The position numbers and the translations under genes were made by a program. DNA of 64,000 bases from an uncultured bacterium (GTDB lineage Bacteria; Bipolaricaulota; Bipolaricaulia; RBG-16-55-9; DRJF01). Location of the stretch: assembly GCA_913053845.1 (NCBI GenBank), contig CAJXGD010000004.1, forward strand, positions 7,117 through 71,116, given 5' to 3'. The notes below the pieces were generated by a model. It saw only the letters and a program-made list of their open reading frames with translations. It did no database searches and had not been told where the DNA came from. Positions 40,900 to 51,085 of this stretch are shown piece after piece. Positions within the stretch are counted from its first letter, which is position 1. The number at the start of each line of letters is the position of its first letter.

Positions 40900-40979
40900 A
40901 AAGACCTCCTAATTTTTTAAGGGACTCGGCCAGTGAGCCCTTTAGGGGTTCCTCTGTCCTGGCCCCTGACTTATCTAAT

Positions 40980-41009
40980 TATTATAGCACAATACCCTAA
41001 AAAGTCAAG
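40980..41009 (-). promoter_or_regulatory. Promoter of the opp operon (duplicate of 35787-35816)
   Basis: TTGACT-N16-TATAAT with TG extension. Confidence 0.7.
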
Positions 41010-41137
41010 AGTACGAAAAGAGATCATTACCAGGGAGAAGTATGATTATAGCTTAAAAAAGCGGGCATCCTTTGACCACTGTCTCTACCGAATTTGTTGC
41101 TTAGCTCTGCCCCAAAAGGGCCTGCGCTATTGGCGAC

Positions 41138-42271
41138 CTAGGCCTCGGCCGGCTGTGCGGCGGCCAGCGCCTCCAGTGAGCGCTCGCTCTCGCGATCGAA
41201 GAGGTGCAGTTTGCGAGTGTTGACCGAGAGGACCAGCTCCTGATCGATCGGCACCTGCAAGTTGGGCTCGAGCTTGACCACCACTTCGCTGCCGGCCAGA
41301 TCACCGTAGATGATCTGCTCCGGGCCCAACGGCTCTACTACCCTGACCCTTATCGGGAAAGCATTGCTTTCTTGACCATCGCTCGCTTGCCGGGGCTTAA
41401 AATCCTCCGGTCGAATGCCCACAATGACCTCTCGCCCGACATGATCGCTCAGCCGGGCAGCCTTCTCCTTGGTCAGCATCAGTTTAAAAGCCTCTCCCTC
41501 GGCATAAATATCGCTCCCTGTGCTTACCAGACGGGCGTTCAAAAAATTCATCGCCGGGCTGCCTAGAAAACCGGCGACGAAAACGTTCTGCGGATGTTCA
41601 TAGAGCCGCTGCGGCTGATCAACCTGTTGCAATACCCCGTCCTTCATCACCGCCACCCGCTGGCCCAGGGTCATCGCCTCAACCTGGTCGTGGGTGACGT
41701 AGATCGTCGTCGTCGCCAGTTGGCGGTGGAGGGCTTGCAGCTCGGCCCTCATGCGCACCCGCAGCTTGGCATCCAGATTCGAGAGGGGCTCATCGAACAA
41801 GAAGACTTGGGGGTCGCGCACGATCGCCCGCCCCAGGGCCACCCGCTGGCGCTGACCGCCGGAGAGTGCCTTGGGTTTGTTCTTGAGCTTATTGGTGATC
41901 CCCAGCAGTTGGCCCACCCGCTCGACCCGCTCGTTGATCTCACTTTTGGGGAAGTGGCGCAGCTTGAGGCCAAAGGCCATATTGTTATAGACGTCCATGT
42001 GCGGATAGAGGGCATAGTTCTGGAAGACCATCGCGATATCACGGTCCTTGGGCGGGACGTCGTTGACGATGCGATCCCCGATCCAGATCTCCCCTGAGCT
42101 GACCTCCTCCAGGCCGGCGACCATGCGCAGCAGGGTAGTCTTGCCACAGCCGGAGGGGCCTACCAGCACCATGAACTGTCCCTCCTCGATCTCCAGATCG
42201 AGCGAGTGCACCGCGGTGAAATCGCCGAAACGCTTGCCGACGCTTTTCAAGATCACTTTGGCCAACTTCAT
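41138..42271 (-). CDS. Sugar/G3P ABC ATP-binding protein (MalK/UgpC/MsmX)
   Basis: GPSGCGKTT, MVFQNYALYPHM, LSGGQRQRVALGRA, DEPLSNLDAKLR, TOBE-like C-terminus. Confidence 0.95.
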   Translation of the reverse strand: MKLAKVILKSVGKRFGDFTAVHSLDLEIEEGQFMVLVGPSGCGKTTLLRMVAGLEEVSSGEIWIGDRIVNDVPPKDRDIAMVFQNYALYPHMDVYNNMAFGLKLRHFPKSEINERVERVGQLLGITNKLKNKPKALSGGQRQRVALGRAIVRDPQVFLFDEPLSNLDAKLRVRMRAELQALHRQLATTTIYVTHDQVEAMTLGQRVAVMKDGVLQQVDQPQRLYEHPQNVFVAGFLGSPAMNFLNARLVSTGSDIYAEGEAFKLMLTKEKAARLSDHVGREVIVGIRPEDFKPRQASDGQESNAFPIRVRVVEPLGPEQIIYGDLAGSEVVVKLEPNLQVPIDQELVLSVNTRKLHLFDRESERSLEALAAAQPAEA

Positions 42272-42316
42272 CGACCTCCTTTAGCGCGTTGATTATGGGT
42301 AAAGTTTCGCAAGAAT

Positions 42317-43267
42317 TCAACCGATCAATCTGCCGATTAACTTGTAGAGCACAAAGGCCAACAGCCCGGCAGCGGTAGGGGTGAGAACCCAACCGAGCGT
42401 GATCATGAACACTTTAGCGCGACTGACCGCCCGGACCCCTTTGACCAGACCAATCCCGACCAATGCCCCCACGTTGAGCTGGGAGAGTGAGACCGGGATG
42501 CCCACGACGGCAAAGAGGTGCGTGACCAGCGCGACGGAGGTCTGGGTGGCAAAAGCGCTCAATGGATCAAGCTGCGTGATGCCGCCGGCGACCGTCTCCG
42601 TTACCCCGCCGGCATAGGTCACAGCGCCAAGGGCCACCGCTGCTACGCCCAGCAAGATGATCCAGTCCGAGTGATAACCCAGATTGGCCAACGGGCCGAT
42701 CGCGTTGCCGATGTTGTTCGCTCCCCAGGAGTAGGAGGCGTAGCCGGCAGAGATGATCACCGTATAGTTCAGCAAATGGTCCCAGAGGCTCACCCGGTGC
42801 AGCAGGCGCAAGGGCAATGCCACGAAATAATATATCAGCTGAGAGAGTATCAGCGCCAGGAGCGGCGAAAAAACCCATACGGCAATAATGTCCAGCACCA
42901 GCGAGAAATGCACCGGCAGGCCTACCGCCAGGCCTATCCCGGTCATCGCTCCCACGATCGCCTGCGAGGTGGAGACGGGCAGCTTGAGCAAGACGACGGG
43001 CAAGGTGACCGCGAGTCCCGCGGAGAGCATGGCGATGAACAGGGCCACCGGCGGGAGCGGAGCGGAGACGATGCCCTGCCCCACCGTCCCAATCACTCGG
43101 CCGCCTTCCAACAGGGCCCCGGCGGCTGCGGCCAAGATGACCAGCAGGATCGCCCGCCGATAGGAGATCAGTCCTGAGCCGACCGCAGGTCCAATGCAGT
43201 TGGCGCTATCGTTGGCCCCTAGGTTCCAGCCCAGGTAGGCCGCGGCCAGCAGGAGCAAGGCGGTCAT
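42317..43267 (-). CDS. PiT-family inorganic phosphate transporter
   Basis: GANDSAN and GANNIGN signatures; PVSTSQ and PVSLSQ. Confidence 0.9.
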   Translation of the reverse strand: MTALLLLAAAYLGWNLGANDSANCIGPAVGSGLISYRRAILLVILAAAAGALLEGGRVIGTVGQGIVSAPLPPVALFIAMLSAGLAVTLPVVLLKLPVSTSQAIVGAMTGIGLAVGLPVHFSLVLDIIAVWVFSPLLALILSQLIYYFVALPLRLLHRVSLWDHLLNYTVIISAGYASYSWGANNIGNAIGPLANLGYHSDWIILLGVAAVALGAVTYAGGVTETVAGGITQLDPLSAFATQTSVALVTHLFAVVGIPVSLSQLNVGALVGIGLVKGVRAVSRAKVFMITLGWVLTPTAAGLLAFVLYKLIGRLIG

Positions 43268-43291
43268 GGTTGAGCGCTCGGCGCGCCTCCG

Positions 43292-43972
43292 CTAGCGGGA
43301 GGTCATGATCCGGGCCCGCCCCGCCGCGTTCTCGATGTGATCGATCACGTCGCCGATCTGCAGCATAATCTGAACCAAATGATACTTACTGAAAGCATCG
43401 AGCTCCTCTTGACGATAGATCAGTTTGATCAACTTCCCTTCGATCAGATCGGTCTGATGCTCCAACAGGTTGAGCTCCGCAATCAGCTTCCAGACTTGAT
43501 CGACCTTGGCGCGGGTGAAGCCGGTCTCCAGCACCAAGCGCAGCCGCCGGCCCATCTCTCGGTAGACCCGCACAGTCTCGAGCATCTTCTGTCGGAACTC
43601 CTCCAGGCCTTGCCGCATTCCCTCGGTCAACTCGACCTGTAATAGCGGCAACAACCCGGCGGCGTCCTGGCAGCTATCGGCTACTTTGTCCTGCTGCCAA
43701 AGGAAGTTGAGCAGATCGGAGCGGGCGATGGGCATGAAGGAGTCGGAGCGCGGCAGGCTGCCCCGCAGTCGGACCTTGAGCAGGTCCGCCTCATGCTCCA
43801 GCTGGGAGATATGCCGACTCTGCTCTTCAACCGGCTTGTCCTCGAGATAATCCTGGATCGCTCCGGCCAGCGCCTCGACCGTCTCACAGACTTTGTCCGC
43901 ATGACACTCCAACAGGTCAAATGAAGGTGATTGATAGATCAGCTTGCGCAGCAGCTTAAGCAATCTCTCCAT
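43292..43972 (-). CDS. DUF47/PhoU-like phosphate transport regulator
   Basis: LEHEADLLK, QDKVAD, LEHQTD helical repeats; adjacent to the PiT gene. Confidence 0.88.
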   Translation of the reverse strand: MERLLKLLRKLIYQSPSFDLLECHADKVCETVEALAGAIQDYLEDKPVEEQSRHISQLEHEADLLKVRLRGSLPRSDSFMPIARSDLLNFLWQQDKVADSCQDAAGLLPLLQVELTEGMRQGLEEFRQKMLETVRVYREMGRRLRLVLETGFTRAKVDQVWKLIAELNLLEHQTDLIEGKLIKLIYRQEELDAFSKYHLVQIMLQIGDVIDHIENAAGRARIMTSR

Positions 43973-45594
43973 CAGCGCCTCACCTTGCTATGGAAGGCCT
44001 GGCCGCCTGTCAGCTCCAGCCTGGCCCGATAATCGGCCTGGTCCTGCTCGGCCTGTCCCGCATCCCAGTCCAGCCGCTCGCCGATGAGCTTGCTCACTTG
44101 AGCCAGATAATCCAGTCCCTGACCGGCGGCAAGCCCCAGCCCCGAGCGGTGCAGTAAGAAGTCCGCCGAGCTACAGACCATCTCTCGCTCCAAGCCGTAG
44201 ACCACTTGGGCTCTGATCTCCGGGCGCTGAGGACAGAGCTGCTCTCCCAGCTTCGGCTCTCGCTCAACTAACTCTAAGACCTCCTCGAACTTCGTCCCGT
44301 AAGTCCGGATCAAGCTTTCGATCTGCTCCGCCGCCAGACCTAAGCGCTCATAGCTCGTCTGGGCCTGCCCGATATAGCTCGGCAGATCGGTGATTGCTCC
44401 GCCGTAGAGCGGCAGCTCCCTGGTCCGGCAGCGACCCGCCCGGCCCAGCTTCCCCGCAACGCGATTGACCACCTCCCGGGCCAGCTCACGATAGGTGGTC
44501 AGCTTGCCACCTACCAGCGAGATCAGACCCACTAAGCCATCTTTGCTGTGCTCGATGATCCGGTGGCCGCGGGGCACGCGCGAGGGGGCCACCCCTTCCA
44601 GCCTGATCAGCGAGCGCACCCCGGCGATTGTATAGAGAATATCGGGCCGCAGTTTGGGGAAGAAGCGCCGCGTTTCCTCCAATAAATATTGCACTTCATC
44701 GTCATGGGCGCTCAAGCGATCCAAATCATTCTCGAAGTCCGTGTCGGTCGTCCCGATCAGGCTATACTCCTGCCAGGGGATGGCGAAGAACAGCCGCCCG
44801 TCGCGCCGGGCCAGCATCACGATGGCATGTCTGGTGAAGCGCGGCATGACTAGGTGAATTCCCTTGGTCTTCCTGACCAGTTGTGGCAGGCCCAGCGGGC
44901 CGTTCAACCGGTCAACCCAGGGGCCGGTGGCGTTGACCGTCCACTTAGCCCGGATCTCCTGGGTTCTGCCAGAGAGCTCGTCGCAGACCAGCGCCCCGCT
45001 GACGCGCCGATCCTGCACCAGAAAGCGCATCACTGTGGCATGATTGGCCAACTGCGCACCGTAGTCCGCGGCCGAGAGGGCGTTCTCCACGCAGAGCCGC
45101 TCGGGATAGCTCGCCTGACCGTCGTAATAAAGCGCCCCGCCCCGCAAGCCCTCTGAACGCAGCCCCGGCTCCAACCGGAGCAGCTCGGCCGCAGAGAGCC
45201 CCCGATGGCCGGGCAGGCTGCTGCCCCAGGAGAGCAGATCATAAAGCGTCAGGCCCAGTCTGACCATCGCCGGGCCATAGCGGTCGCCGTGGTAGACGGG
45301 CGTGATGAAGGGCAAGGATTTGACCAGGTGCGGGGCGATACGCAGCAACACTTCTCGCTCCTTCATCGCCTCACGGACCAGCTTGAAGTCGAAGAGCTCG
45401 AGATAACGCAGCCCGCCGTGGATCAGGCGCGTAGAGCGCGAGGTCGTGCCATAGCCGAAGTCCTCCTTCTCCACCAAGGCCGTCTTCAAGCCGCGCAGGG
45501 CCGCATCGCGGGCGATCCCTGTGCCCACGATACCCCCACCGATGATCAGGAGGTCGAACCGCTGGCCAGACATGGCTGCCAGCTCGCGTTTCAT
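43972..45594 (-). CDS. glpD: FAD-dependent glycerol-3-phosphate dehydrogenase
   Basis: IGGGIVG, GTTSRSTRLIHGGLRYLE, NATGPW, GGKLTTYR; start 45594 overlaps the glpK stop. Confidence 0.93.
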   Translation of the reverse strand: MKRELAAMSGQRFDLLIIGGGIVGTGIARDAALRGLKTALVEKEDFGYGTTSRSTRLIHGGLRYLELFDFKLVREAMKEREVLLRIAPHLVKSLPFITPVYHGDRYGPAMVRLGLTLYDLLSWGSSLPGHRGLSAAELLRLEPGLRSEGLRGGALYYDGQASYPERLCVENALSAADYGAQLANHATVMRFLVQDRRVSGALVCDELSGRTQEIRAKWTVNATGPWVDRLNGPLGLPQLVRKTKGIHLVMPRFTRHAIVMLARRDGRLFFAIPWQEYSLIGTTDTDFENDLDRLSAHDDEVQYLLEETRRFFPKLRPDILYTIAGVRSLIRLEGVAPSRVPRGHRIIEHSKDGLVGLISLVGGKLTTYRELAREVVNRVAGKLGRAGRCRTRELPLYGGAITDLPSYIGQAQTSYERLGLAAEQIESLIRTYGTKFEEVLELVEREPKLGEQLCPQRPEIRAQVVYGLEREMVCSSADFLLHRSGLGLAAGQGLDYLAQVSKLIGERLDWDAGQAEQDQADYRARLELTGGQAFHSKVRR

Positions 45595-47096
45595 CTCGCT
45601 TGCTCCTCCTTGGCCCAGCCCCGTGAGCGCTCTATCGCCCGGAGCCAACCGCGATAGAGCGCTGCCCGCCGCTCCACCGTCATCTGGGGGGTGAATACCC
45701 GCTCGATCTTCCGGCTCGCCTGTAGCTCTCTCTTGTCGGTCCAGTAGCCGACGGCCAGGCCGGCGGCGTAGGCCGCGCCCAGCGCAGTCGCTTCCAGCCC
45801 CGCCGCGCGCAGAACCGGGATGCCCAGAATATCGCTCTGAAACTGACAGAGGAAGTTGTTGGCCGCGGCGCCGCCGTCCACCTTGAGCTCGCCGAACACC
45901 AAATCGGCGTCGGCCTCCATCGCCTGCACCACGTCACGGGTGCGATAGGCCATCGCTTCCAGCGCCGCCCGGACCAGCTCGGCCCGGCCGCTCCCGCCGG
46001 TCAAGCCAATAATTAGTCCCCTGGCATAGGGATCCCAATAGGGCGCGCCCAGACCGGCCAGCGCCGGGACGAAGTAGACCCCGCCGGTATCGGCCACCGA
46101 GAGTGCCAACTCTTCTGTTTGAGCAGCCTGCTCGATAATGCCCAGGCCGTCGCGCAGCCATTGCACCAGCGCCCCGCCGGCAAATACAGAACCCTCTAGG
46201 GCATAGCTGACCTGCTCGCCGGGCGGAGCGCCGGCGATGGTCGTCAGCAGGCCGTGTTGGCTTTTGACCACCCGTCTACCAGTATTCAGCAAGAGAAATA
46301 AGCCAGTGCCGTAGGTATTCTTTGCCTCGCCCGCCTCCCAGGCCAACTGGCCGAAGAGCGCCGCTTGCTGGTCCCCCAGATCGCCGCAGACCGGGACATG
46401 GCCAAAGGTGTGGGCCCGGCCGTAAAAGTCTGGCTCGGAGCTGGGCCTGACTTCGGGGAGCATCTGGGGCGGAATCCCAAATAGATCTAATAGATCCTCG
46501 TCCCAAGCCAAGCGGTGAATATCGAAGAGCATCGTGCGTGAGGCGTTGGTGTAATCTGTGATATGTTGCCCGGTGAGCTGCCAGATCAGCCAGCTATCTA
46601 TCGTGCCAAAACAGGCCTGTCCACGCTCAGCCTGCTCGCGCAGTCCGGCGACGTTCTGCAGCAGCCATTCCAGCTTGGTGGCCGAGAAATAGGGGTCGAG
46701 CGAGAGGCCGGTGCGCTCCCGGACCAACTCCTGGTAACCCAGCGCTCGCAGCTCGGCGCAGCGCACTGCGGTCCGGCGGTCCTGCCAGACGATGGCATGG
46801 TAAAGCGGCCGGCCCGTCTTGCGCTCCCAGACTACCGTGGTCTCGCGCTGGTCGCTGATACCGATGGCCACCAATTCTTCTGAGCGCAAATCTGCCTGAC
46901 GCAACGCTTGGTCAATTACCCGCCGGGCGTTCTCCCAAATCTCGGCCGGATCATGCTCCACCCAACCGGGGTGGGGATAGAGCTGCCGATGCTCCAGATA
47001 GGCCTGGGCGACCGGCCTACTCGCCCGATCGAAAACGATAAAGCGCGTGCCGGTCGTCCCCTGATCGAGTGCGCCGATATATTTCTCGCTCTGCAT
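45591..47096 (-). CDS. glpK: Glycerol kinase
   Basis: DQGTTGTR, DPYFSATK, TDYTNASRT, GDQQAALFG, KNTYGTG, GLGAPYWD. Confidence 0.97.
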   Translation of the reverse strand: MQSEKYIGALDQGTTGTRFIVFDRASRPVAQAYLEHRQLYPHPGWVEHDPAEIWENARRVIDQALRQADLRSEELVAIGISDQRETTVVWERKTGRPLYHAIVWQDRRTAVRCAELRALGYQELVRERTGLSLDPYFSATKLEWLLQNVAGLREQAERGQACFGTIDSWLIWQLTGQHITDYTNASRTMLFDIHRLAWDEDLLDLFGIPPQMLPEVRPSSEPDFYGRAHTFGHVPVCGDLGDQQAALFGQLAWEAGEAKNTYGTGLFLLLNTGRRVVKSQHGLLTTIAGAPPGEQVSYALEGSVFAGGALVQWLRDGLGIIEQAAQTEELALSVADTGGVYFVPALAGLGAPYWDPYARGLIIGLTGGSGRAELVRAALEAMAYRTRDVVQAMEADADLVFGELKVDGGAAANNFLCQFQSDILGIPVLRAAGLEATALGAAYAAGLAVGYWTDKRELQASRKIERVFTPQMTVERRAALYRGWLRAIERSRGWAKEEQAR

Positions 47097-47119
47097 AAGC
47101 GATCAATTCCTATTCGTAT

Positions 47120-47917
47120 TTAGCTCGCATTCAGCAGGTCGTCCAGCGCCGGCAGCTCAGCCAGACTGCCGATGACCCGGTCCGGTTGGATGGCCGATTT
47201 TTGCAGATCGTCTCTGGAGTTGACCCCGGTCAGGGTCAAGATGGTCATCAGGTCGGAGCCCTGGCCCATGGCGATATCGGTCTTCAGCCGGTCGCCGACG
47301 ATGGCCACTCTAGCGGCTGGAAGCTCCAGTTGTGCCAGGGCAGCCTCGATCATAATCTTAGAAGGCTTGCCCACGATCTCCTCGACCCGCTTCCCCGTGA
47401 CCGCCTCGACCGCGGCGATCATCCCGGCGGCATCGGGAATCTCGCCCCCTTCCACCGGACAGGTGCGATCCGGATTGGTGGCGACGAAATGGGCCCCGCG
47501 CCTGATCGCCTGAAAAGCCAGATTCAGCTTCTGATAATCAAATGTCCGGTCGAAGGCCACCACGACATACTCGATGTGTTCATAATCTTCGCTAATCACC
47601 AGGCCGGCCTCTCTTAATTCTGCTATCAGCGGTGGTTCCCCAATCGCGTAGACCGGTGCATGGGGCGCTATGCGGGCCAGATAGCGCGCCATCACGTAGG
47701 AAGAATTGATCACTTCTTCCTCGCGCGCCGGCACGCCGAGGCAGGCCAGTTTTTCTGCATAGTCCCGCCGCGGGGCCAGCGGCTTGTTGGAGAGAAAGAC
47801 CAGCCGCCGCCCGCGGGCACGCAGCCTAGCAATGACCCGATCTGCCCCGGGGATCAGCTTAGCCCCACGATAGACGGTGCCGTCGAGGTCAAGCAAATAG
47901 CCGCTAATATTTTTCAT
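47120..47917 (-). CDS. HAD-IIA (NagD-like) phosphatase
   Basis: DLDGTVY, ATNPD, VGKPS, VGDRLKTDI. Confidence 0.92.
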   Translation of the reverse strand: MKNISGYLLDLDGTVYRGAKLIPGADRVIARLRARGRRLVFLSNKPLAPRRDYAEKLACLGVPAREEEVINSSYVMARYLARIAPHAPVYAIGEPPLIAELREAGLVISEDYEHIEYVVVAFDRTFDYQKLNLAFQAIRRGAHFVATNPDRTCPVEGGEIPDAAGMIAAVEAVTGKRVEEIVGKPSKIMIEAALAQLELPAARVAIVGDRLKTDIAMGQGSDLMTILTLTGVNSRDDLQKSAIQPDRVIGSLAELPALDDLLNAS

Positions 47918-49368
47918 TCTGCACTGATAAAGACTGATTTATACTCGCTATAATGCTCCAGGGCAACCATGCCCTGCTCACGGCCCAGACCACTCTGCTT
48001 CACGCCGCCAAAAGGCGCCTCGATATGCACGCTGGAGCTACTGTTCACCGAGACCATACCGGTTTCCAGCGCTCGCACCACCCGCAGCGCCCGCCCGATG
48101 TCCCTGGTCCAGACCGAGCCGGAGAGACCGTAACGGCTGTCGTTGGCGATGCGAATGGCCTCTGCTTCACCCTCGAAGGGCAAGATGGCGGCGATCGGGC
48201 CGAAGATCTCCTCTTGCGCGATGCGCATCTGCGAGCTGACTTGAGTATAGACCGCTGGTCGCAGATAGTTGCCCCGCGCCAGCGGCTCCTCGCTGGGGAT
48301 CTCGCCGCCGCAGATACGCTGTGCCCCTTCCCGGTCGCCAATTTCCAGATAACGGCGGACTGACTGGCGTTGCTCCCGGCTGATCAGCGGTCCTATCTCA
48401 GTCTGGTCATCCTGAGTGTCGCCCAGTCTGAGCGCTTGGGCCCGCCGGGCGAAGCGCCGGGCGAACTCATCATAAATCTCCCGCTCGACCAGAATGCGGC
48501 TGCGCGAGCAGCAGTCCTGCCCGGCATTGTCATAGACGGCAAAGACGGAGGACTCCACGCAGGTGTCCAGCTCCGCGTCGGCGAAGACGATGTTGGCCGA
48601 TTTGCCGCCCAACTCCAGCGAGACCCGCTTGATGCCCTCGGCGGCCTGGCGCATCACCTGAGACCCGACTGCGGTGGAGCCGGTGAAGGCGACCTTGCGC
48701 ACTAGCGGATGGCCTACCAGCGCCGCGCCTATCTCGCCTCCGGAGCCGGGAATGACGTTGAGCACGCCCGGCGGCAGGCCGGCCTCCAGGGCCAGATCGG
48801 CCAGAGCCAGTACGCTCAGCGGCGTGGCGCTGGCCGGCTTGACCACGGCGGTATTGCCCATGGCCAGCGCCGGAGCGATCTTCCAACTGGCGATCAGCAA
48901 TGGAAAGTTCCAAGGCACGATCAGCGCGCAGACGCCCAGCGGCTCATGGAAGGTCAACAAAGTGCCCTCGGCCGCGCCGGGAATGGTCTCTCCAGAGAAC
49001 TTATTGATCGCCCCGGCATAGTATTCGAAGCAGCCTGCCACCGCTTGGATTTCTCCGCGCGCCGCCCCGATGGGCTTGCCGGCATTGTGCGATTCCAGTC
49101 TGGCCAGCATTTCGGCTCTGTCTCTGATTAGCTCGGCTATGCGCTGCAACAACTGGCCCCGCGCGCGGCTGCTCATTCTCCGCCAACTGCCGGCGCTGAA
49201 CTTGGTGTAGGCGGCCTGGACCGCCCGGTCCACATCGGCGACGCCGGCCTGGGCCACGCGAGCTAACACTTTTCCATTGGCCGGATCGAAGACCTGGGCT
49301 TCCCGGCCCTCTTGAGCGGGCAGCCGCTTCCCATCTATGCTCAGCCCTTCAAACCCTATCTCTGTCAT
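47914..49368 (-). CDS. NAD(P)-dependent aldehyde dehydrogenase
   Basis: PWNFP, FTGST, LELGGKS, NAGQDCCS, EEIFGP. Confidence 0.95.
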   Translation of the reverse strand: MTEIGFEGLSIDGKRLPAQEGREAQVFDPANGKVLARVAQAGVADVDRAVQAAYTKFSAGSWRRMSSRARGQLLQRIAELIRDRAEMLARLESHNAGKPIGAARGEIQAVAGCFEYYAGAINKFSGETIPGAAEGTLLTFHEPLGVCALIVPWNFPLLIASWKIAPALAMGNTAVVKPASATPLSVLALADLALEAGLPPGVLNVIPGSGGEIGAALVGHPLVRKVAFTGSTAVGSQVMRQAAEGIKRVSLELGGKSANIVFADAELDTCVESSVFAVYDNAGQDCCSRSRILVEREIYDEFARRFARRAQALRLGDTQDDQTEIGPLISREQRQSVRRYLEIGDREGAQRICGGEIPSEEPLARGNYLRPAVYTQVSSQMRIAQEEIFGPIAAILPFEGEAEAIRIANDSRYGLSGSVWTRDIGRALRVVRALETGMVSVNSSSSVHIEAPFGGVKQSGLGREQGMVALEHYSEYKSVFISAE

Positions 49369-49381
49369 TTAGTCAAACCTC

Positions 49382-50155
49382 CTACTGGGGGGTCACATAT
49401 GCCGCGCTCAGGCCGCCGTCAACCATGAAAGCCGTGCCGGTGACGAACGAAGACTCATCTGAAGCCAAGTATAAGGCGGCAGCAGCGATCTCCCGCTGGT
49501 CGCCGAAACGGCCCATGGGAATATGCACCAACCGGCGCTCTTTCTTCGCCTCGGTATCCAGAAACTTCATCAACAGCTCGGTGCGCAGCGGACCGGGGCA
49601 GAGGGCGTTGACCCGGATATGCTCGCGGGCATGCACCACGGCCAGCTCGCGCGAGAGCGCCAGCACGCCGCCCTTGCTGGCGGTGTAAGCGAGCTGCGGG
49701 GTCGCCGCGCCCACCAGGGCCACAAACGAAGCGGTGTTGATCACCGAGCCGCCCCCGGCCCGGCGCAGCGCCGGGATGCCATACTTGCAACCTAGAAAAA
49801 CCCCTTTCAGGTTGACGTTCATGGTCAAATCCCAGATCGCCTCCTCGGTGGCGACGGCATCGGCATCGGCGGAGTGCATGATGCCGGCGTTGTTGAACAG
49901 TACGTTCAGCTTGCCATAGGCTGACTCGGCAAGCTGCACCATCTTTTGGCAGTCGGCTGCCTGCGAGACGTCGGCGTGCAGATAGACCGCCTGGCCACCC
50001 TGCGCGCCGACCAGCTCTGCCGTCTCGTTGCCGCCGGAGTCATCAATGTCAACGACGACAACTTGGGCGCCCTCGGCGGCGAAGAGCAGCGAGCTGGCGC
50101 GGCCGATGCCGCTGCCGCCGCCGGTGATCAGCGCGACTTTATCCTTCAGTCTCAT
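49382..50155 (-). CDS. Short-chain dehydrogenase/reductase
   Basis: TGGGSGIG, NNAG, YTASK. Confidence 0.95.
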   Translation of the reverse strand: MRLKDKVALITGGGSGIGRASSLLFAAEGAQVVVVDIDDSGGNETAELVGAQGGQAVYLHADVSQAADCQKMVQLAESAYGKLNVLFNNAGIMHSADADAVATEEAIWDLTMNVNLKGVFLGCKYGIPALRRAGGGSVINTASFVALVGAATPQLAYTASKGGVLALSRELAVVHAREHIRVNALCPGPLRTELLMKFLDTEAKKERRLVHIPMGRFGDQREIAAAALYLASDESSFVTGTAFMVDGGLSAAYVTPQ

Positions 50156-51035
50156 GGCCCCTCTCCTTGGCTGCTCCCAGTGAAGGGATCACCAGATGAT
50201 CTATCCAGTTGCGCAGCTCACCTTCCCTGATCTCGGCGGTCAAGATGTCATCGCCGATCTGCAGCTCCTCCCGCAGCTCTTGAGCGTCCGGATGGCGATA
50301 AAGCTCGCTCATCTTGTCGGCCAGCGCCTGGGCTGCCGCCGGCGCCGGGAAAAAGCCTTCCTTGACCAACGCCTGGGAGCGCGTCTTGATCAGCTTGGCC
50401 ATCTCATCCAAATTGTACTCCGGATGGTACTGGGTGGCCCAGAAGGTGCCCCGGCCATACTTGACCTCGACCGCCTGCACGGGGGTATGCTCGTTGCCGG
50501 CCAGCAACTTGGCCCCTGCCGGCAGCCGTGTGACCTCGTCCAGGTGCATGATGAAGCCGTCGAAAGAGGGCGGCTTGCCGGCGTACAACGGCGAGCGCTG
50601 GCCTTCGGGGGTAAGCTGGATGTCCCGGGCCAAGCCCCATTCGCGACCGCGGGGGTTTTTCTGCACTTCACCGCCGGCTGCCACCGCGGCCATCTGCACC
50701 CCCCAGCAACTGCCGTATTGCGGCGGCCCGGCGCGATAGATGGCGCGAGAAAACTCGATCTGCCTGACAACCCGCGGGTCATCCTGGTGATAAATGGTCA
50801 GGTCTGAGCCGGTCCAGATGTAGGCGTCGTAGGCACTCAGCGCGTTGCCGCTCGGCAATACCGTGGCCAGATCACTGATGAAGAGCACGTCTATCTTGAC
50901 CCGCGGCAGGTATTGCTCAAGAAAATTGATATATAGGTTATGGGCCTGGGTCACACCGGCCGCCTCCAGCTTAGCGCGACTCGCTTGGGGGTAGCCGTTG
51001 AGAATGCAGATGGCTAGTTCAAGCTCTGGGTGCAT
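50139..51035 (-). CDS. Class I glutamine amidotransferase-like hydrolase
   Basis: GSCWGVQ nucleophile elbow; QYHPE. Confidence 0.88.
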   Translation of the reverse strand: MHPELELAICILNGYPQASRAKLEAAGVTQAHNLYINFLEQYLPRVKIDVLFISDLATVLPSGNALSAYDAYIWTGSDLTIYHQDDPRVVRQIEFSRAIYRAGPPQYGSCWGVQMAAVAAGGEVQKNPRGREWGLARDIQLTPEGQRSPLYAGKPPSFDGFIMHLDEVTRLPAGAKLLAGNEHTPVQAVEVKYGRGTFWATQYHPEYNLDEMAKLIKTRSQALVKEGFFPAPAAAQALADKMSELYRHPDAQELREELQIGDDILTAEIREGELRNWIDHLVIPSLGAAKERGHETEG

Positions 51036-51085
51036 CTAGTCCTCCTGAATGTTGCCTGTTATCGGGTCATTAAAGCGGAAAGCGG

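Noticed and set aside
38977-40920. 647-aa plus-strand ORF
   Set aside because: Antisense shadow of the strongly codon-biased oppA gene; no recognisable motifs.
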